Origin: an uncultured Bacillales bacterium
GTDB lineage: Bacteria; Bacillota_I; Bacilli_A; RF39; UBA660
Direction of reading: 5' to 3'
DNA: 41,823 nt
NCBI GenBank assembly: GCA_947168625.1
Contig: CAMVMQ010000003.1
Coordinates: 1 to 41,823 of the forward strand
Part shown: in pieces, positions 19,738 to 28,851 of the stretch
How the letters are laid out: every line of letters begins with the position of its first letter
How positions within the stretch are numbered: position 1 is the first letter of the stretch
The notes under the pieces: generated by a model
Database searches by the model: none
What the model was told of the DNA's origin: nothing
What the model saw: the letters and a program-made list of their open reading frames with translations, nothing else
Translations under genes and position numbers: made by a program

Positions 19738-19764
19738 TTAGCAATTGTCAAGTGAGATTGCTAA
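19738..19764 (-). promoter_or_regulatory. CIRCE (HrcA operator) overlapping the clpB promoter
   Basis: Minus strand TTAGCAATC-N9-AATTGCTAA vs consensus TTAGCACTC-N9-GAGTGCTAA. Overlaps TTGACA (19746-19751); TGnTATAAT -10 at 19724-19732. Confidence 0.8.
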
Positions 19765-19842
19765 AAAAATCAGCAAACAAATGGTTAAAAGTAATTGAAT
19801 AATATATCTTGTTATGATATTATTGAAATAGGAGTGTTAATA

Positions 19843-21009
19843 ATGACAGAGTTTGATAGAGAATATTTAAAATTAGTAAAAAAAATATTAGAAGAAGGAA
19901 TAGAGGTAGAGAATAGAACTGGTATTAATACAATCAAAATACCGGAGTATTCTTTTAAATTCGATTTAAGAAAAGAGGACCCGATACTAACTACAAAACA
20001 ATTTTATGCTAGGCAGGCTATTACAGAAATGCTTTGGATTTGGCAAATGGCTTCGAATGATGTTAGAGAACTTCATAAAAGAAATGTCCACATATGGGAT
20101 GAGTGGATGATAGATGAAGATGGTATTTATCGAATATATGAACCAGATACCAAAGAATATGACCCAAATAAAGTAGTTGAAGTAGAGGATCCATTAAGTG
20201 TTCCTATATCTGATCCTTTTGGTTTAAAACACAAATTTAAATCAAAACTAGATGAAAATGGAAATATCATGAAAGCTAAAAGTAAAAAAGAAGGTAAGAA
20301 CATAAAGAGTGCTAAATATTTTGGTAAAGAATATGCCAATACCATTGGTACTGCATATGGTTACATTGTTAATAGATATAAACATACTGAAAACTTAATT
20401 GAATCAATTAAAAATTATCCAACAACAGATAGAAGAAAAGTAAAAAGTTTATGGCAAGATGAATTTTTAAGAACTGCTGTCTTACCTTCATGCGTATGGA
20501 GTACTGAATGGAATGTCACAGGAAAAGAACTTAGTTTAATGGTACACCAGAGAAGCTGTGATGTACCATTAGGACTACCTTTTAACGTTACGCAGTATGC
20601 TTGTCTTTTAAAAATGATAGCACAAGTAACAGGACTGATACCTACAACTATATCATATTCCATAAATGATCCACATATATATGTTAATCAAATTGATGGA
20701 ATGAGAGAGCAGTTAAGAAGAGAAAATAAGTTTGATGAATTATCGAAAATAGATTTGAGTGAACTTCTTTCTTTAAAAAGAGAATATGAAAGTAAATTAT
20801 TAAATCTTGAGAAAGAATCATTAGAATACAAAAAATTAGACAGTGATATTAGAATTATAGATATGATAATAAATCCAGCAAAACCAAAATTATGGATTAA
20901 TCCCGATATTGATGATTTCTTTAAATTTGACAATTCTAAAGATTTAAAAGATGTAAAAATAGAAAATTATAAACATATGGGCAAACTGTCTATGGATGTT
21001 GCTCAGTAA
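19843..21009 (+). CDS. thyA: Thymidylate synthase ThyA with two large insertions
   Basis: PILTTK, EMLWIWQ, HIWDEW, IGTAYG, LPSC, QRSCDVPLGLPFN and HIY motifs; 388 aa. Confidence 0.95.
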   Translation: MTEFDREYLKLVKKILEEGIEVENRTGINTIKIPEYSFKFDLRKEDPILTTKQFYARQAITEMLWIWQMASNDVRELHKRNVHIWDEWMIDEDGIYRIYEPDTKEYDPNKVVEVEDPLSVPISDPFGLKHKFKSKLDENGNIMKAKSKKEGKNIKSAKYFGKEYANTIGTAYGYIVNRYKHTENLIESIKNYPTTDRRKVKSLWQDEFLRTAVLPSCVWSTEWNVTGKELSLMVHQRSCDVPLGLPFNVTQYACLLKMIAQVTGLIPTTISYSINDPHIYVNQIDGMREQLRRENKFDELSKIDLSELLSLKREYESKLLNLEKESLEYKKLDSDIRIIDMIINPAKPKLWINPDIDDFFKFDNSKDLKDVKIENYKHMGKLSMDVAQ

Positions 21010-21019
21010 GGAGAAAATT

Positions 21020-21514
21020 ATGGATAATATTAGTTTAATAGCCGCTATTGGAAAGAATAATGAATTAGGATTAGATAATCATTTACTATGGCATATACCA
21101 GAGGATTTAGCCTTCTATAAAAAAATGACTTATGGTAAAAATGTAATTGTCGGAAGAAATACTTTATTTAGTATGCCAGCTAAAGCTTTTGATGGAAGAG
21201 TAGCATACGTTCTTTCTCCAGATAAATTAGATGTTAATTTTGACGTTAATTCTTTTGATTGCATAGAAAATTTACTTAAGTATATTGAAAATAGTAATGA
21301 TGAATTTATGGTAATTGGAGGAGCATCAATCTATAAACAATTTCTTCCTTATGTAAAAACTATGTATCTTACAGAAGTTAATGATTATTTTGATGCTGAT
21401 ACATTTTTTCCAGATTTTGATGTTAATGACTATGATGTTACCTTAATGGGAGAATATCAAGAGGGTAATTTAAATTATGTCCGAAATAAATACGTTAGAA
21501 AGAGAGATAAATAA
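21020..21514 (+). CDS. folA: Dihydrofolate reductase
   Basis: ISLIAAIGKNNELG...LLWHIPEDL, VGRNT, VIGGASIY and DTFFP motifs. Confidence 0.95.
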   Translation: MDNISLIAAIGKNNELGLDNHLLWHIPEDLAFYKKMTYGKNVIVGRNTLFSMPAKAFDGRVAYVLSPDKLDVNFDVNSFDCIENLLKYIENSNDEFMVIGGASIYKQFLPYVKTMYLTEVNDYFDADTFFPDFDVNDYDVTLMGEYQEGNLNYVRNKYVRKRDK

Positions 21515-22188
21515 TGGGAAAATTAATCGTTATAGAAGGTTCTTGTGATTCAGTAGGAAAAAGTACACAGTATAAGTTGCTGGTTGATTATTTAATTGGC
21601 AAAAAATATAATGTTATTCAACACCATTTTCCAAGCTATGGTACATATCAAGGAAGGGCAGTAGAAGAATATCTTAAAGGAAACTTCGGAAAAATAAGCG
21701 GACTTTCTCCATATTTTGTTAATAATTTGTATGCACAAGATAGAGCAATTACATGGGAAAATGGGCTAAAAGAAGAATATAAAAAAGGGGGCATTATTGT
21801 ATTAGATAGATATACCACTTCTTCATTAATATATCAGTCAACCTCAATCGATAATCAAAAAGAAAGAAATAGCTTTATTGATTATATTGATGATTATGAG
21901 TACAATAAACTTGGGTTACCAAGGCCTGATTTAGTAATCTTCTTGCATGTTCCTTTTGAATTGGCAAGAAACTTAAAGAAAAAAAGAAAACAAAATAGTG
22001 GAATTAAAGATGATATTCACGAAAAAGACTTAGAATTCATGAAAAAAGTATCTGATACATCAGTATATATTGCCAAGAAATACAATTGGAATTTTATCGA
22101 ATGTTCAAATGGAAAAGAAATGCTTAGTATTGAAGAAATACATCATAAAATTTGTGATTTAGTCACAAAAAAAATAGGTTCAAAATAG
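21514..22188 (+). CDS. tmk: Thymidylate kinase
   Basis: LIVIEG..GKST, FP.Y, LDRY..S and PRPDLVIFL motifs; in the thyA-folA operon. Confidence 0.88.
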   Translation: MGKLIVIEGSCDSVGKSTQYKLLVDYLIGKKYNVIQHHFPSYGTYQGRAVEEYLKGNFGKISGLSPYFVNNLYAQDRAITWENGLKEEYKKGGIIVLDRYTTSSLIYQSTSIDNQKERNSFIDYIDDYEYNKLGLPRPDLVIFLHVPFELARNLKKKRKQNSGIKDDIHEKDLEFMKKVSDTSVYIAKKYNWNFIECSNGKEMLSIEEIHHKICDLVTKKIGSK

Positions 22189-22200
22189 AACCTATTTTTT
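22167..22200. terminator. Bidirectional terminator between tmk and cotY/Z
   Basis: AAAAAATAGGTTC-aaaata-GAACCTATTTTTT. Confidence 0.8.
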
Positions 22201-22618
22201 ATAGACAATCTACATATGTATCATCTAAGCATCTAAGTACACAAACACAATTTAAATTAATAGTAAAGAATGAGTTAGTTGCTTCATATGGAAAAGTACT
22301 CGTTGTATCTGTATTTGGTGCTAGTACTCTACATGTTGCACAGCAATCATCTAATTTTTCTAAACGAAAGACAGTACTTGTTTCAGTAACAGCAGGATCC
22401 TTACTAATAGGCATGGCTAGAGGAGTATTACCTCCTTGGCAAGTATATAATACAATAGGTCTTGTATTATAATATAAACTACTATTCTGTCCTAAGAATC
22501 CACGGTCACATGTTTCTAAGCAGCAGTCACTTTGACAAACACTTTGTTGAAGTAAAAGAATAACCTTTAAGATTTCCGCTATACAATTTTCACATGAATT
22601 TTTGTCATTATTACACAT
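22199..22618 (-). CDS. CotY/CotZ family Cys-rich spore crust protein
   Basis: CIAEILKVI..LQ, TRPIVLYTC, VFRLEKLDDCCA and T.SFFTINL.C.C...CL patterns. ATG 22618 preferred by RBS spacing (alt GTG 22627). Confidence 0.85.
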   Translation of the reverse strand: MCNNDKNSCENCIAEILKVILLLQQSVCQSDCCLETCDRGFLGQNSSLYYNTRPIVLYTCQGGNTPLAMPISKDPAVTETSTVFRLEKLDDCCATCRVLAPNTDTTSTFPYEATNSFFTINLNCVCVLRCLDDTYVDCL

Positions 22619-22704
22619 ATAATCCACCCCTTTTTTATATTCAATATAACTTATGCATTTTTATAATAAAAATGCATAATGAATACCTAATATAGTTAAT
22701 TATT

Positions 22705-22733
22705 TCATAATGCTTTAAATAAGTTCATATATT
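22705..22733 (+). promoter_or_regulatory. SigE-like sporulation promoter for yqfC-yqfD
   Basis: TCATA-N16-CATATATT resembles the B. subtilis SigE consensus; yqfCD is SigE-dependent there. Confidence 0.55.
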
Positions 22734-22738
22734 GTATT

Positions 22739-22987
22739 ATGAAAAAGAATAAATTATTTCGTCTAATAGATGATTATGCAACTGAAAAGACTTTTAAAAT
22801 TAGTTATAAAATTAATAATCTAGATGTAGTAAATTACACTAAAATAATAGATTTTTCATCAACATTAATCTCCTTTTCATATAAAAACACATTATATTAT
22901 GTCGAAGGAGAAAATCTAGTTATATCAAAAATGATGGAAGATGAAATATTAATTACTGGTAATATTAAGAAAATCAGTTTTAAGTAA
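22739..22987 (+). CDS. yqfC: YabP/YqfC family sporulation protein
   Basis: NY.KIIDFS, VEGENLVI.KM..DEILITGNI pattern; upstream of yqfD. Confidence 0.8.
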   Translation: MKKNKLFRLIDDYATEKTFKISYKINNLDVVNYTKIIDFSSTLISFSYKNTLYYVEGENLVISKMMEDEILITGNIKKISFK

Positions 22988-23001
22988 AGGGTGATTTTTT
23001 T

Positions 23002-24183
23002 ATGAAAGAAAAACTTATGAAAGCCTTTTCAAGTAATATCTTAATAAGTATTAAAGGGAAAAATATTAATAATTTTATAAAGAGATTAATTAGTTATAAT
23101 ATTAATATATTGAATGTAAAAATGATTTCATATAAAGAAGCTGAATTAATAGTCAAATATCAAGATATAAATAAAATAAGAAAATATAAAAGTATATATG
23201 AAATTAACATAAAAAAATATTATGGATGGATTTATCTCCTAAAATTTATAAAGAAAAACATATATTTATTCTTCTTTCTAATAATTGCAATAATATTTCT
23301 TTCGATACTGTCTAATATTATCTTTAAAGTTGAAGTAATTCATTCTAACAAAAGCATAGTTAATCTAGTAAAAAAAGAGTTAGAAGAATATGGTATAAAA
23401 AAATATTCATTTATTAAAAGGTATGATGAAATACAGAAAATAGAGAAAAAGATTTTAGAAAATAATAAAGACAAACTAGAATGGATGGAAATTATACAAA
23501 ATGGAACAAAATATACCGTAAGACTAGAAGAGCGTCTTATTAACAAAAAGATAGATAATGAAAAAAAATATGACATTATATCATCAAAAAATGCAATTAT
23601 TAAAGAGATAATTGCCAATAAAGGAGAAAAAAATAAACTAATTAACTCTTATGTCAAAAAGGGAGATGTAATAATTTCATCATCGATTACACTTCCTAAT
23701 AGCGAAAAAACTCTTGTTGGAGCGGAAGGATATGTAATAGGTGAAGTTTGGTATAATGTTCATATAGAAATGCCTTATCATTATCATGAAGTACTATATA
23801 CAGGGAAAAAAAGAGATGTATTAGTATTTAGTCTGTTTAATAAAAAGATACCATTCTTTAACTTTCATGAATATAAGTCCTTTGATAGAGATGTTAAAAC
23901 TATTTTTAATAATATAATATCTCCAATCTCATTATATAAGGAGAACCAATATGAAACGATAGTTATAGATAAAATATATACCAAAGAAGAAGCAAAAAAA
24001 CTTGCCAAAGAAAAAGTTGAAAAAAAACTAAAAGAGAATAATAAGAATATTATCGATATTTCTAATATAATTATAAGAAGTGAATATAGTGATAAAAAGA
24101 AAATTTCATTAGATTTGTTCGTTTCATCAATTGAAAACATTACTCAGTACAAAGAGGTAATATCAACAGAAATATTAGAGTAA
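23002..24183 (+). CDS. yqfD: Stage IV sporulation protein YqfD
   Basis: IKG.NIN.FI, TM segment then SNIIFKVEV, LEW.EI...GT, YVKKGDVIIS and G.V.GEVWY patterns. Confidence 0.88.
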   Translation: MKEKLMKAFSSNILISIKGKNINNFIKRLISYNINILNVKMISYKEAELIVKYQDINKIRKYKSIYEINIKKYYGWIYLLKFIKKNIYLFFFLIIAIIFLSILSNIIFKVEVIHSNKSIVNLVKKELEEYGIKKYSFIKRYDEIQKIEKKILENNKDKLEWMEIIQNGTKYTVRLEERLINKKIDNEKKYDIISSKNAIIKEIIANKGEKNKLINSYVKKGDVIISSSITLPNSEKTLVGAEGYVIGEVWYNVHIEMPYHYHEVLYTGKKRDVLVFSLFNKKIPFFNFHEYKSFDRDVKTIFNNIISPISLYKENQYETIVIDKIYTKEEAKKLAKEKVEKKLKENNKNIIDISNIIIRSEYSDKKKISLDLFVSSIENITQYKEVISTEILE

Positions 24184-24242
24184 CTTTACTTTTTAAGCAA
24201 TATAAGGTATAATACTTTTCACCTGAAAAAGGGGGGAAAGTT

Positions 24243-25004
24243 ATGTATCATAATATACTTAATATTATCAATAACTATGTTAATAATAATAAAAATCCAG
24301 ATAAAGAATTTATTTTAAGTATTATTGAAATATTTAATAAAGATTATTATAAAAGCAAGACATTAAAACATATAATAATGGATAATTATAAATATTTTAA
24401 TGCAAGATATTCACCACAATATAATATTATCTGTATTGATTCATCATTTTTTGACAAATATCCATGTATAACTAATGTAACAGAAACACTATTATCATTA
24501 TTTCATGAGTATGTTCATGTAATTCAATTTGAAAATTTAAAAAATAAAAAAGGTAATATTTGTGATAAACTTGTTAATTCATCATTTACCACATTTATAA
24601 AAAATAATAATGATGATTATTTACATGATCATATCCCAGTAGAAAGGCTTGCAAATTTATCATCTTTATCATGTTTAATAGACATTTTATCTCTTGATAA
24701 AGAAAGATATAATAACATTATTTTATATTATAAGCGAAGATTCTTTCAATACTTAATAGGAGGATATGAACTTAAAAATAATAAACGCTTATTTCCACTT
24801 GAAATATTATTCAGTAAGACAAATTTAGATAATTATATTCCATCGTTAATTAATAGTGCTAAAAAACTCTCTTTTCAAGAAAGATTATTATTTGGTTTTC
24901 CAATTACCGAAAAAGAGTTTGAAGTTGTTCGAAAAGAATATATAAATTGTGTTTATAATGAAGAAGAATATAAAAAAAGGATACTAAAAAGGAGAGAAAA
25001 ATAA
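24243..25004 (+). CDS. Hypothetical HEXXH zinc-metalloprotease-like protein
   Basis: LFHEYVHVIQ, then PVERLA (possible third ligand). Own promoter TTTACT-N17-TATAAT at 24185-24213. Confidence 0.7.
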   Translation: MYHNILNIINNYVNNNKNPDKEFILSIIEIFNKDYYKSKTLKHIIMDNYKYFNARYSPQYNIICIDSSFFDKYPCITNVTETLLSLFHEYVHVIQFENLKNKKGNICDKLVNSSFTTFIKNNNDDYLHDHIPVERLANLSSLSCLIDILSLDKERYNNIILYYKRRFFQYLIGGYELKNNKRLFPLEILFSKTNLDNYIPSLINSAKKLSFQERLLFGFPITEKEFEVVRKEYINCVYNEEEYKKRILKRREK

Positions 25005-25082
25005 CATTTTTTTTCTTTTTTTTTCTTATGGGTTTAATTTCTTATTCTTTTGTGGTACACTTAATAAGTGAGGTGTTTTTTA

Positions 25083-25520
25083 ATGAAAAGTAGTAGAACA
25101 TTAACAAGAGAAAAAGCAATGACTATCCTTTATCAAATCTTTTTATATAAAAAAAATAATATTAATTATGATACTACTAATGTTATCAACGATTTATTAG
25201 AGGATATATCTCTTGAAGAAAGAAAAAAAATTGACATAGATTTTTTAAAAGCAATAATTAATGGAGTTATTGATAATAATGATGATATAGATAAAAATAT
25301 TAATAACTATTTAGAAAATTGGAATTTAGAAAGATTGGGACTTACAGATCAAGCAATTCTTCGAATAGCAGTTTTCGAATTACTATATACAGATACACCT
25401 AATTTGGTATGTATTAATGAAGCAATTGAATTATCAAAGAAGTATTCTGATGAAAAGGTATCAAAGATGATTAATGGTGTTTTAGATAAAATTTATCATG
25501 AAAGGCTTGATAATGAATAA
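25083..25520 (+). CDS. nusB: Transcription antitermination factor NusB
   Basis: R..TREKAM..LYQ, W.LERL..TD.AILR, INEAIELSK.Y and INGVLD motifs. Confidence 0.96.
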   Translation: MKSSRTLTREKAMTILYQIFLYKKNNINYDTTNVINDLLEDISLEERKKIDIDFLKAIINGVIDNNDDIDKNINNYLENWNLERLGLTDQAILRIAVFELLYTDTPNLVCINEAIELSKKYSDEKVSKMINGVLDKIYHERLDNE

Positions 25521-26790
25521 TAATTATATATCAGTAAGTGAAATAAATACGTATATTAAAGGCATTGTTAACGATGATTTAGTTCTTAAAAAAGTATATT
25601 TAAAGGGAGAAATATCAAATTTTAAAGCACATTCTCGAGGACACTTTTATTTTACATTAAAAGATGAAACAAGTAGAATTGCCGCTGTTATGTTTTCTTT
25701 TAATAATAAAAATTTAAAATTTGTTCCTTCTGATGGAATGAAAGTATTAGTAACAGGCAAAATTGATGTATATGAAGCAAGTGGCTCCTATCAAATATAT
25801 GTTGAAGATATGATTCCAGATGGTATTGGTGCATTATATGTAGCATTTGAAGAATTAAAAAAGAAATTATCTAACGAAGGCCTTTTTGATAAAGATAAAA
25901 AGAAAAAAATAAGAAGAGTTCCTAGAAGAGTAGGGGTAGTAACATCTCCCACAGGAGCTGCCATCAAAGATATAATAACAACAATAAAAAGAAGATTTCC
26001 TATTTGTGAAGTAGTACTATTTCCCGCATTAGTTCAAGGAGAAACTGCTTCAGTTGACATAGCAAAAAAAATAAAGCTAGCAGACTCTATGAAAGAAGAA
26101 TTAATGATAGATACATTAATAGTAGGTCGAGGTGGTGGTTCACTAGAAGATTTATGGCCATTCAATGAAGAAATAGTGGCTAGAGCTATTTATGAAGCAG
26201 AAATACCTATTATTAGTGCAGTAGGTCACGAAATAGACATAACTATATCAGATTATGTTGCAGATTTAAGAGCTCCAACACCAACAGCAGCTGGTGAACT
26301 TGCAGTTCCTGATATTAATACTATAATTACTTATTTAAATACTGCAAAATCAAGAAGCTTTCAAGCCTTAAATAATATAATTATCAACAATAAAAAGAAA
26401 TTGGATAATATCAAAAACAGTTATGTCCTATCAAAACCAATGAGTATGTATGAAATAATAGAACAAAAACTTGATACTATAATTGATAATATAAATAAAG
26501 CTATCAATAAAAGAATAGAGGATAATAAGGTTAAAGTATATACTCTAAGTAATAATTATGTACTAAATAATCCCAATCTTTTATATAAATACAAAAAACA
26601 ATCTCTAGATCATATTATATCTAAATTAGATGTATTAAATCCTCTTAATACATTATCGAGAGGATACGCTATTCTAAAAAAGGATAATAAAGTTATACCA
26701 AGTATTAAAACTATTAAGATAAATGATGAAATAAAAATTACTTTAAAAGATGGAGAATTTTCTAGTAAAGTAATAAAGGTAGGTGAATAA
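25513..26790 (+). CDS. xseA: Exodeoxyribonuclease VII large subunit
   Basis: GEISNF, GHFYFTLKD, VTSPTGAA, RGGGSLEDLW.FNEE, VGHE.D and RAPTPTAA motifs. Confidence 0.97.
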   Translation: MNNNYISVSEINTYIKGIVNDDLVLKKVYLKGEISNFKAHSRGHFYFTLKDETSRIAAVMFSFNNKNLKFVPSDGMKVLVTGKIDVYEASGSYQIYVEDMIPDGIGALYVAFEELKKKLSNEGLFDKDKKKKIRRVPRRVGVVTSPTGAAIKDIITTIKRRFPICEVVLFPALVQGETASVDIAKKIKLADSMKEELMIDTLIVGRGGGSLEDLWPFNEEIVARAIYEAEIPIISAVGHEIDITISDYVADLRAPTPTAAGELAVPDINTIITYLNTAKSRSFQALNNIIINNKKKLDNIKNSYVLSKPMSMYEIIEQKLDTIIDNINKAINKRIEDNKVKVYTLSNNYVLNNPNLLYKYKKQSLDHIISKLDVLNPLNTLSRGYAILKKDNKVIPSIKTIKINDEIKITLKDGEFSSKVIKVGE

Positions 26791-26794
26791 TATA

Positions 26795-27025
26795 ATGGAA
26801 AAGAAAAAAGAAGAAATTAGTTTTGAAGATAAAATTAAGTTACTAGAAGAAATAGTAAAAGAATTAGAAAGTGGTGAAGTACCATTAGATGATGCCATAG
26901 ATAAATATACTGAAGCTATGAAATTAGCTAAAGAATGTTCAGACAAACTATCAGAAGTATCTGATAAAGTAAATAAGATTCTCTTAGACAATGGAAAATT
27001 AGAAGATTTTACTGTAGAAGAATAA
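26795..27025 (+). CDS. xseB: Exodeoxyribonuclease VII small subunit
   Basis: SFED....LEEIV..LE.G.VPLDDA...Y pattern. Confidence 0.95.
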   Translation: MEKKKEEISFEDKIKLLEEIVKELESGEVPLDDAIDKYTEAMKLAKECSDKLSEVSDKVNKILLDNGKLEDFTVEE

Positions 27026-27054
27026 AAATTAAAGAGCCAAATGAAGGCTCTTCT

Positions 27055-28047
27055 TTAATTTTCTGCTTCTTCTAACATTTTAGTTATAAAAGTACCATAT
27101 CCTTTAGTAGGGTCATCAACTACGACATGAGTCACAGCACCAATTATTTTATTATCTTGAATAATTGGACTACCACTCATTCCTTGAATTATGCCCCCCG
27201 TTTTATCAAGCAATTCCTTATCAATTATTTCAAATAAAATATTTTTAGACGATTTATTATTTAAATTAATTTTTAATATATTTATTTTATATTCTTCTAT
27301 TTTATCATCGTCTATAACTGTTAAAATAGAGGCTTCTCCTAATAAGATTTCTTCTGGTTTACTTACTTTATATAATTTTTTATTTGGTAAATCCTTCACA
27401 TAAGTACCAAATATACCAGTTTTAGTATTCTCAGAAATGTTTCCAAATACTTCATTACTATTATATTTAGCATTTTTTTCACCTGGAGAACCAATAGTAC
27501 TTTTAGTAACACCAATTACCGTAGAAGAATAGATAGTACCATCTTTAATTTCTAATTTTTGACCAGTATTTTTTTCTATTATTTCATGACCTAGTGCTCC
27601 AAACAACTTAGTCTCTGGATCGATAAAAGTAAGCGTTCCAACTCCTGAAATACTATCCTTAACATATAGACCAGTTTTATAAGTATTACTATTATCCTTC
27701 TTTAATGATAAATTAGTAGTATATTCTTTATTAGCTCTAATATATGTGATTTGAATATCATCCTTCGTGGGAAGATTCTCTATTATTTTAACCATTTCTT
27801 CAATACTGCTTACTTTTGTATCATTAATTTTAATTATTTTATCGCCATTTAACAGGCTGGCGTCACCAGCAGGATTTTCACCATTTACTTCATATGAACC
27901 AACTATTATTATTCCATCTGAATGAAGTAAAATACCAATATTTTCTCCACCAGCAAGAATATAATCAGAATAAGCTAGAATAGTACTGGGCATACTAAAT
28001 AGTAAAAGAAGTAGAATAAATTTGTTTTTAATTTTTTTTAAAAACAT
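27055..28047 (-). CDS. spoIVB: SpoIVB serine peptidase (S55) with PDZ domain
   Basis: GG.NIGI, GLYVKD..SGVGTLTF, FGALGH and TGGIIQGMSGSPIIQ..KIIGAVTHV motifs; signal peptide. Confidence 0.95.
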   Translation of the reverse strand: MFLKKIKNKFILLLLLFSMPSTILAYSDYILAGGENIGILLHSDGIIIVGSYEVNGENPAGDASLLNGDKIIKINDTKVSSIEEMVKIIENLPTKDDIQITYIRANKEYTTNLSLKKDNSNTYKTGLYVKDSISGVGTLTFIDPETKLFGALGHEIIEKNTGQKLEIKDGTIYSSTVIGVTKSTIGSPGEKNAKYNSNEVFGNISENTKTGIFGTYVKDLPNKKLYKVSKPEEILLGEASILTVIDDDKIEEYKINILKINLNNKSSKNILFEIIDKELLDKTGGIIQGMSGSPIIQDNKIIGAVTHVVVDDPTKGYGTFITKMLEEAEN

Positions 28048-28197
28048 AACAGCATCTCCTTTTATATAGTTTTACAGACTACACTATTAGTCTATACTTT
28101 TTTAAAAAAAATATATAAGAGAAAAAATTCCAATTATTATTGACTTTTTTCACAAAATATTGTATGATATTACCCTTATGGAGAAAGAGGTGGGATA

Positions 28198-28533
28198 ATG
28201 AAAAAAAGTCAAATAATTGAGAAGCAAATCAGAGATGCCAAAAAAAATTTTAATTATTTCTTTATTCAAATAATTATTAAAATAATTAGAATATTTTTAA
28301 TGTTTACACTATTTCTTTTAATTAACCAAATCTTTGATATATTAATTATTAATATTATTACTCTAATCCTTACTTTATATACAGCCTTTTATATATACTA
28401 TATAATTAATTATTATGGCTATTATTTAAATGATATACAAAACACATTTATGAATGAAGATTTTTCTTATATAATTGATACAGAAGTTATAAAAAATGAA
28501 TTATTAAAAGGGGAAGTTAATTATGGAAAATAA
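28198..28533 (+). CDS. Hypothetical 2-TM membrane protein
   Basis: Promoter TTGACT-N17-TATGAT (28140-28168), GAGGTG RBS, two hydrophobic segments. Confidence 0.65.
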   Translation: MKKSQIIEKQIRDAKKNFNYFFIQIIIKIIRIFLMFTLFLLINQIFDILIINIITLILTLYTAFYIYYIINYYGYYLNDIQNTFMNEDFSYIIDTEVIKNELLKGEVNYGK

Positions 28534-28816
28534 TATTTATTTTGGTACAATTTTTCATCGCCGCAAATTTAAAAACAATTATAAAGAAAAAGTAATTTTA
28601 TATACAGAAAATAATATTAATTATTTAGATTTAGATCATATTAGATGGTACGATACTGATATCTCTAAAAAAGATTACGTAATAAAAAATTCATTATATC
28701 AAACAAAATTAGAAGACAATCGAAATGATTATAGATACATAATTAATAAAATTATATCCGAAGATATAAAAAATAAAGAAAAAAGAAAAAAAAGAATACT
28801 ATTGAAAAGAAAATAA
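28523..28816 (+). CDS. Hypothetical basic protein
   Basis: AAGGGG RBS, overlaps the upstream stop. Confidence 0.6.
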   Translation: MENNIYFGTIFHRRKFKNNYKEKVILYTENNINYLDLDHIRWYDTDISKKDYVIKNSLYQTKLEDNRNDYRYIINKIISEDIKNKEKRKKRILLKRK

Positions 28817-28851
28817 AGATATTTTAAGCATATATTTTTATAGGTGATAAT

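Noticed and set aside
20125-20870. Intein or group I intron in thyA
   Set aside because: The inserts are in frame and short, lack C/S...HN intein ends and homing-endonuclease motifs, and show no intron-like structured core.
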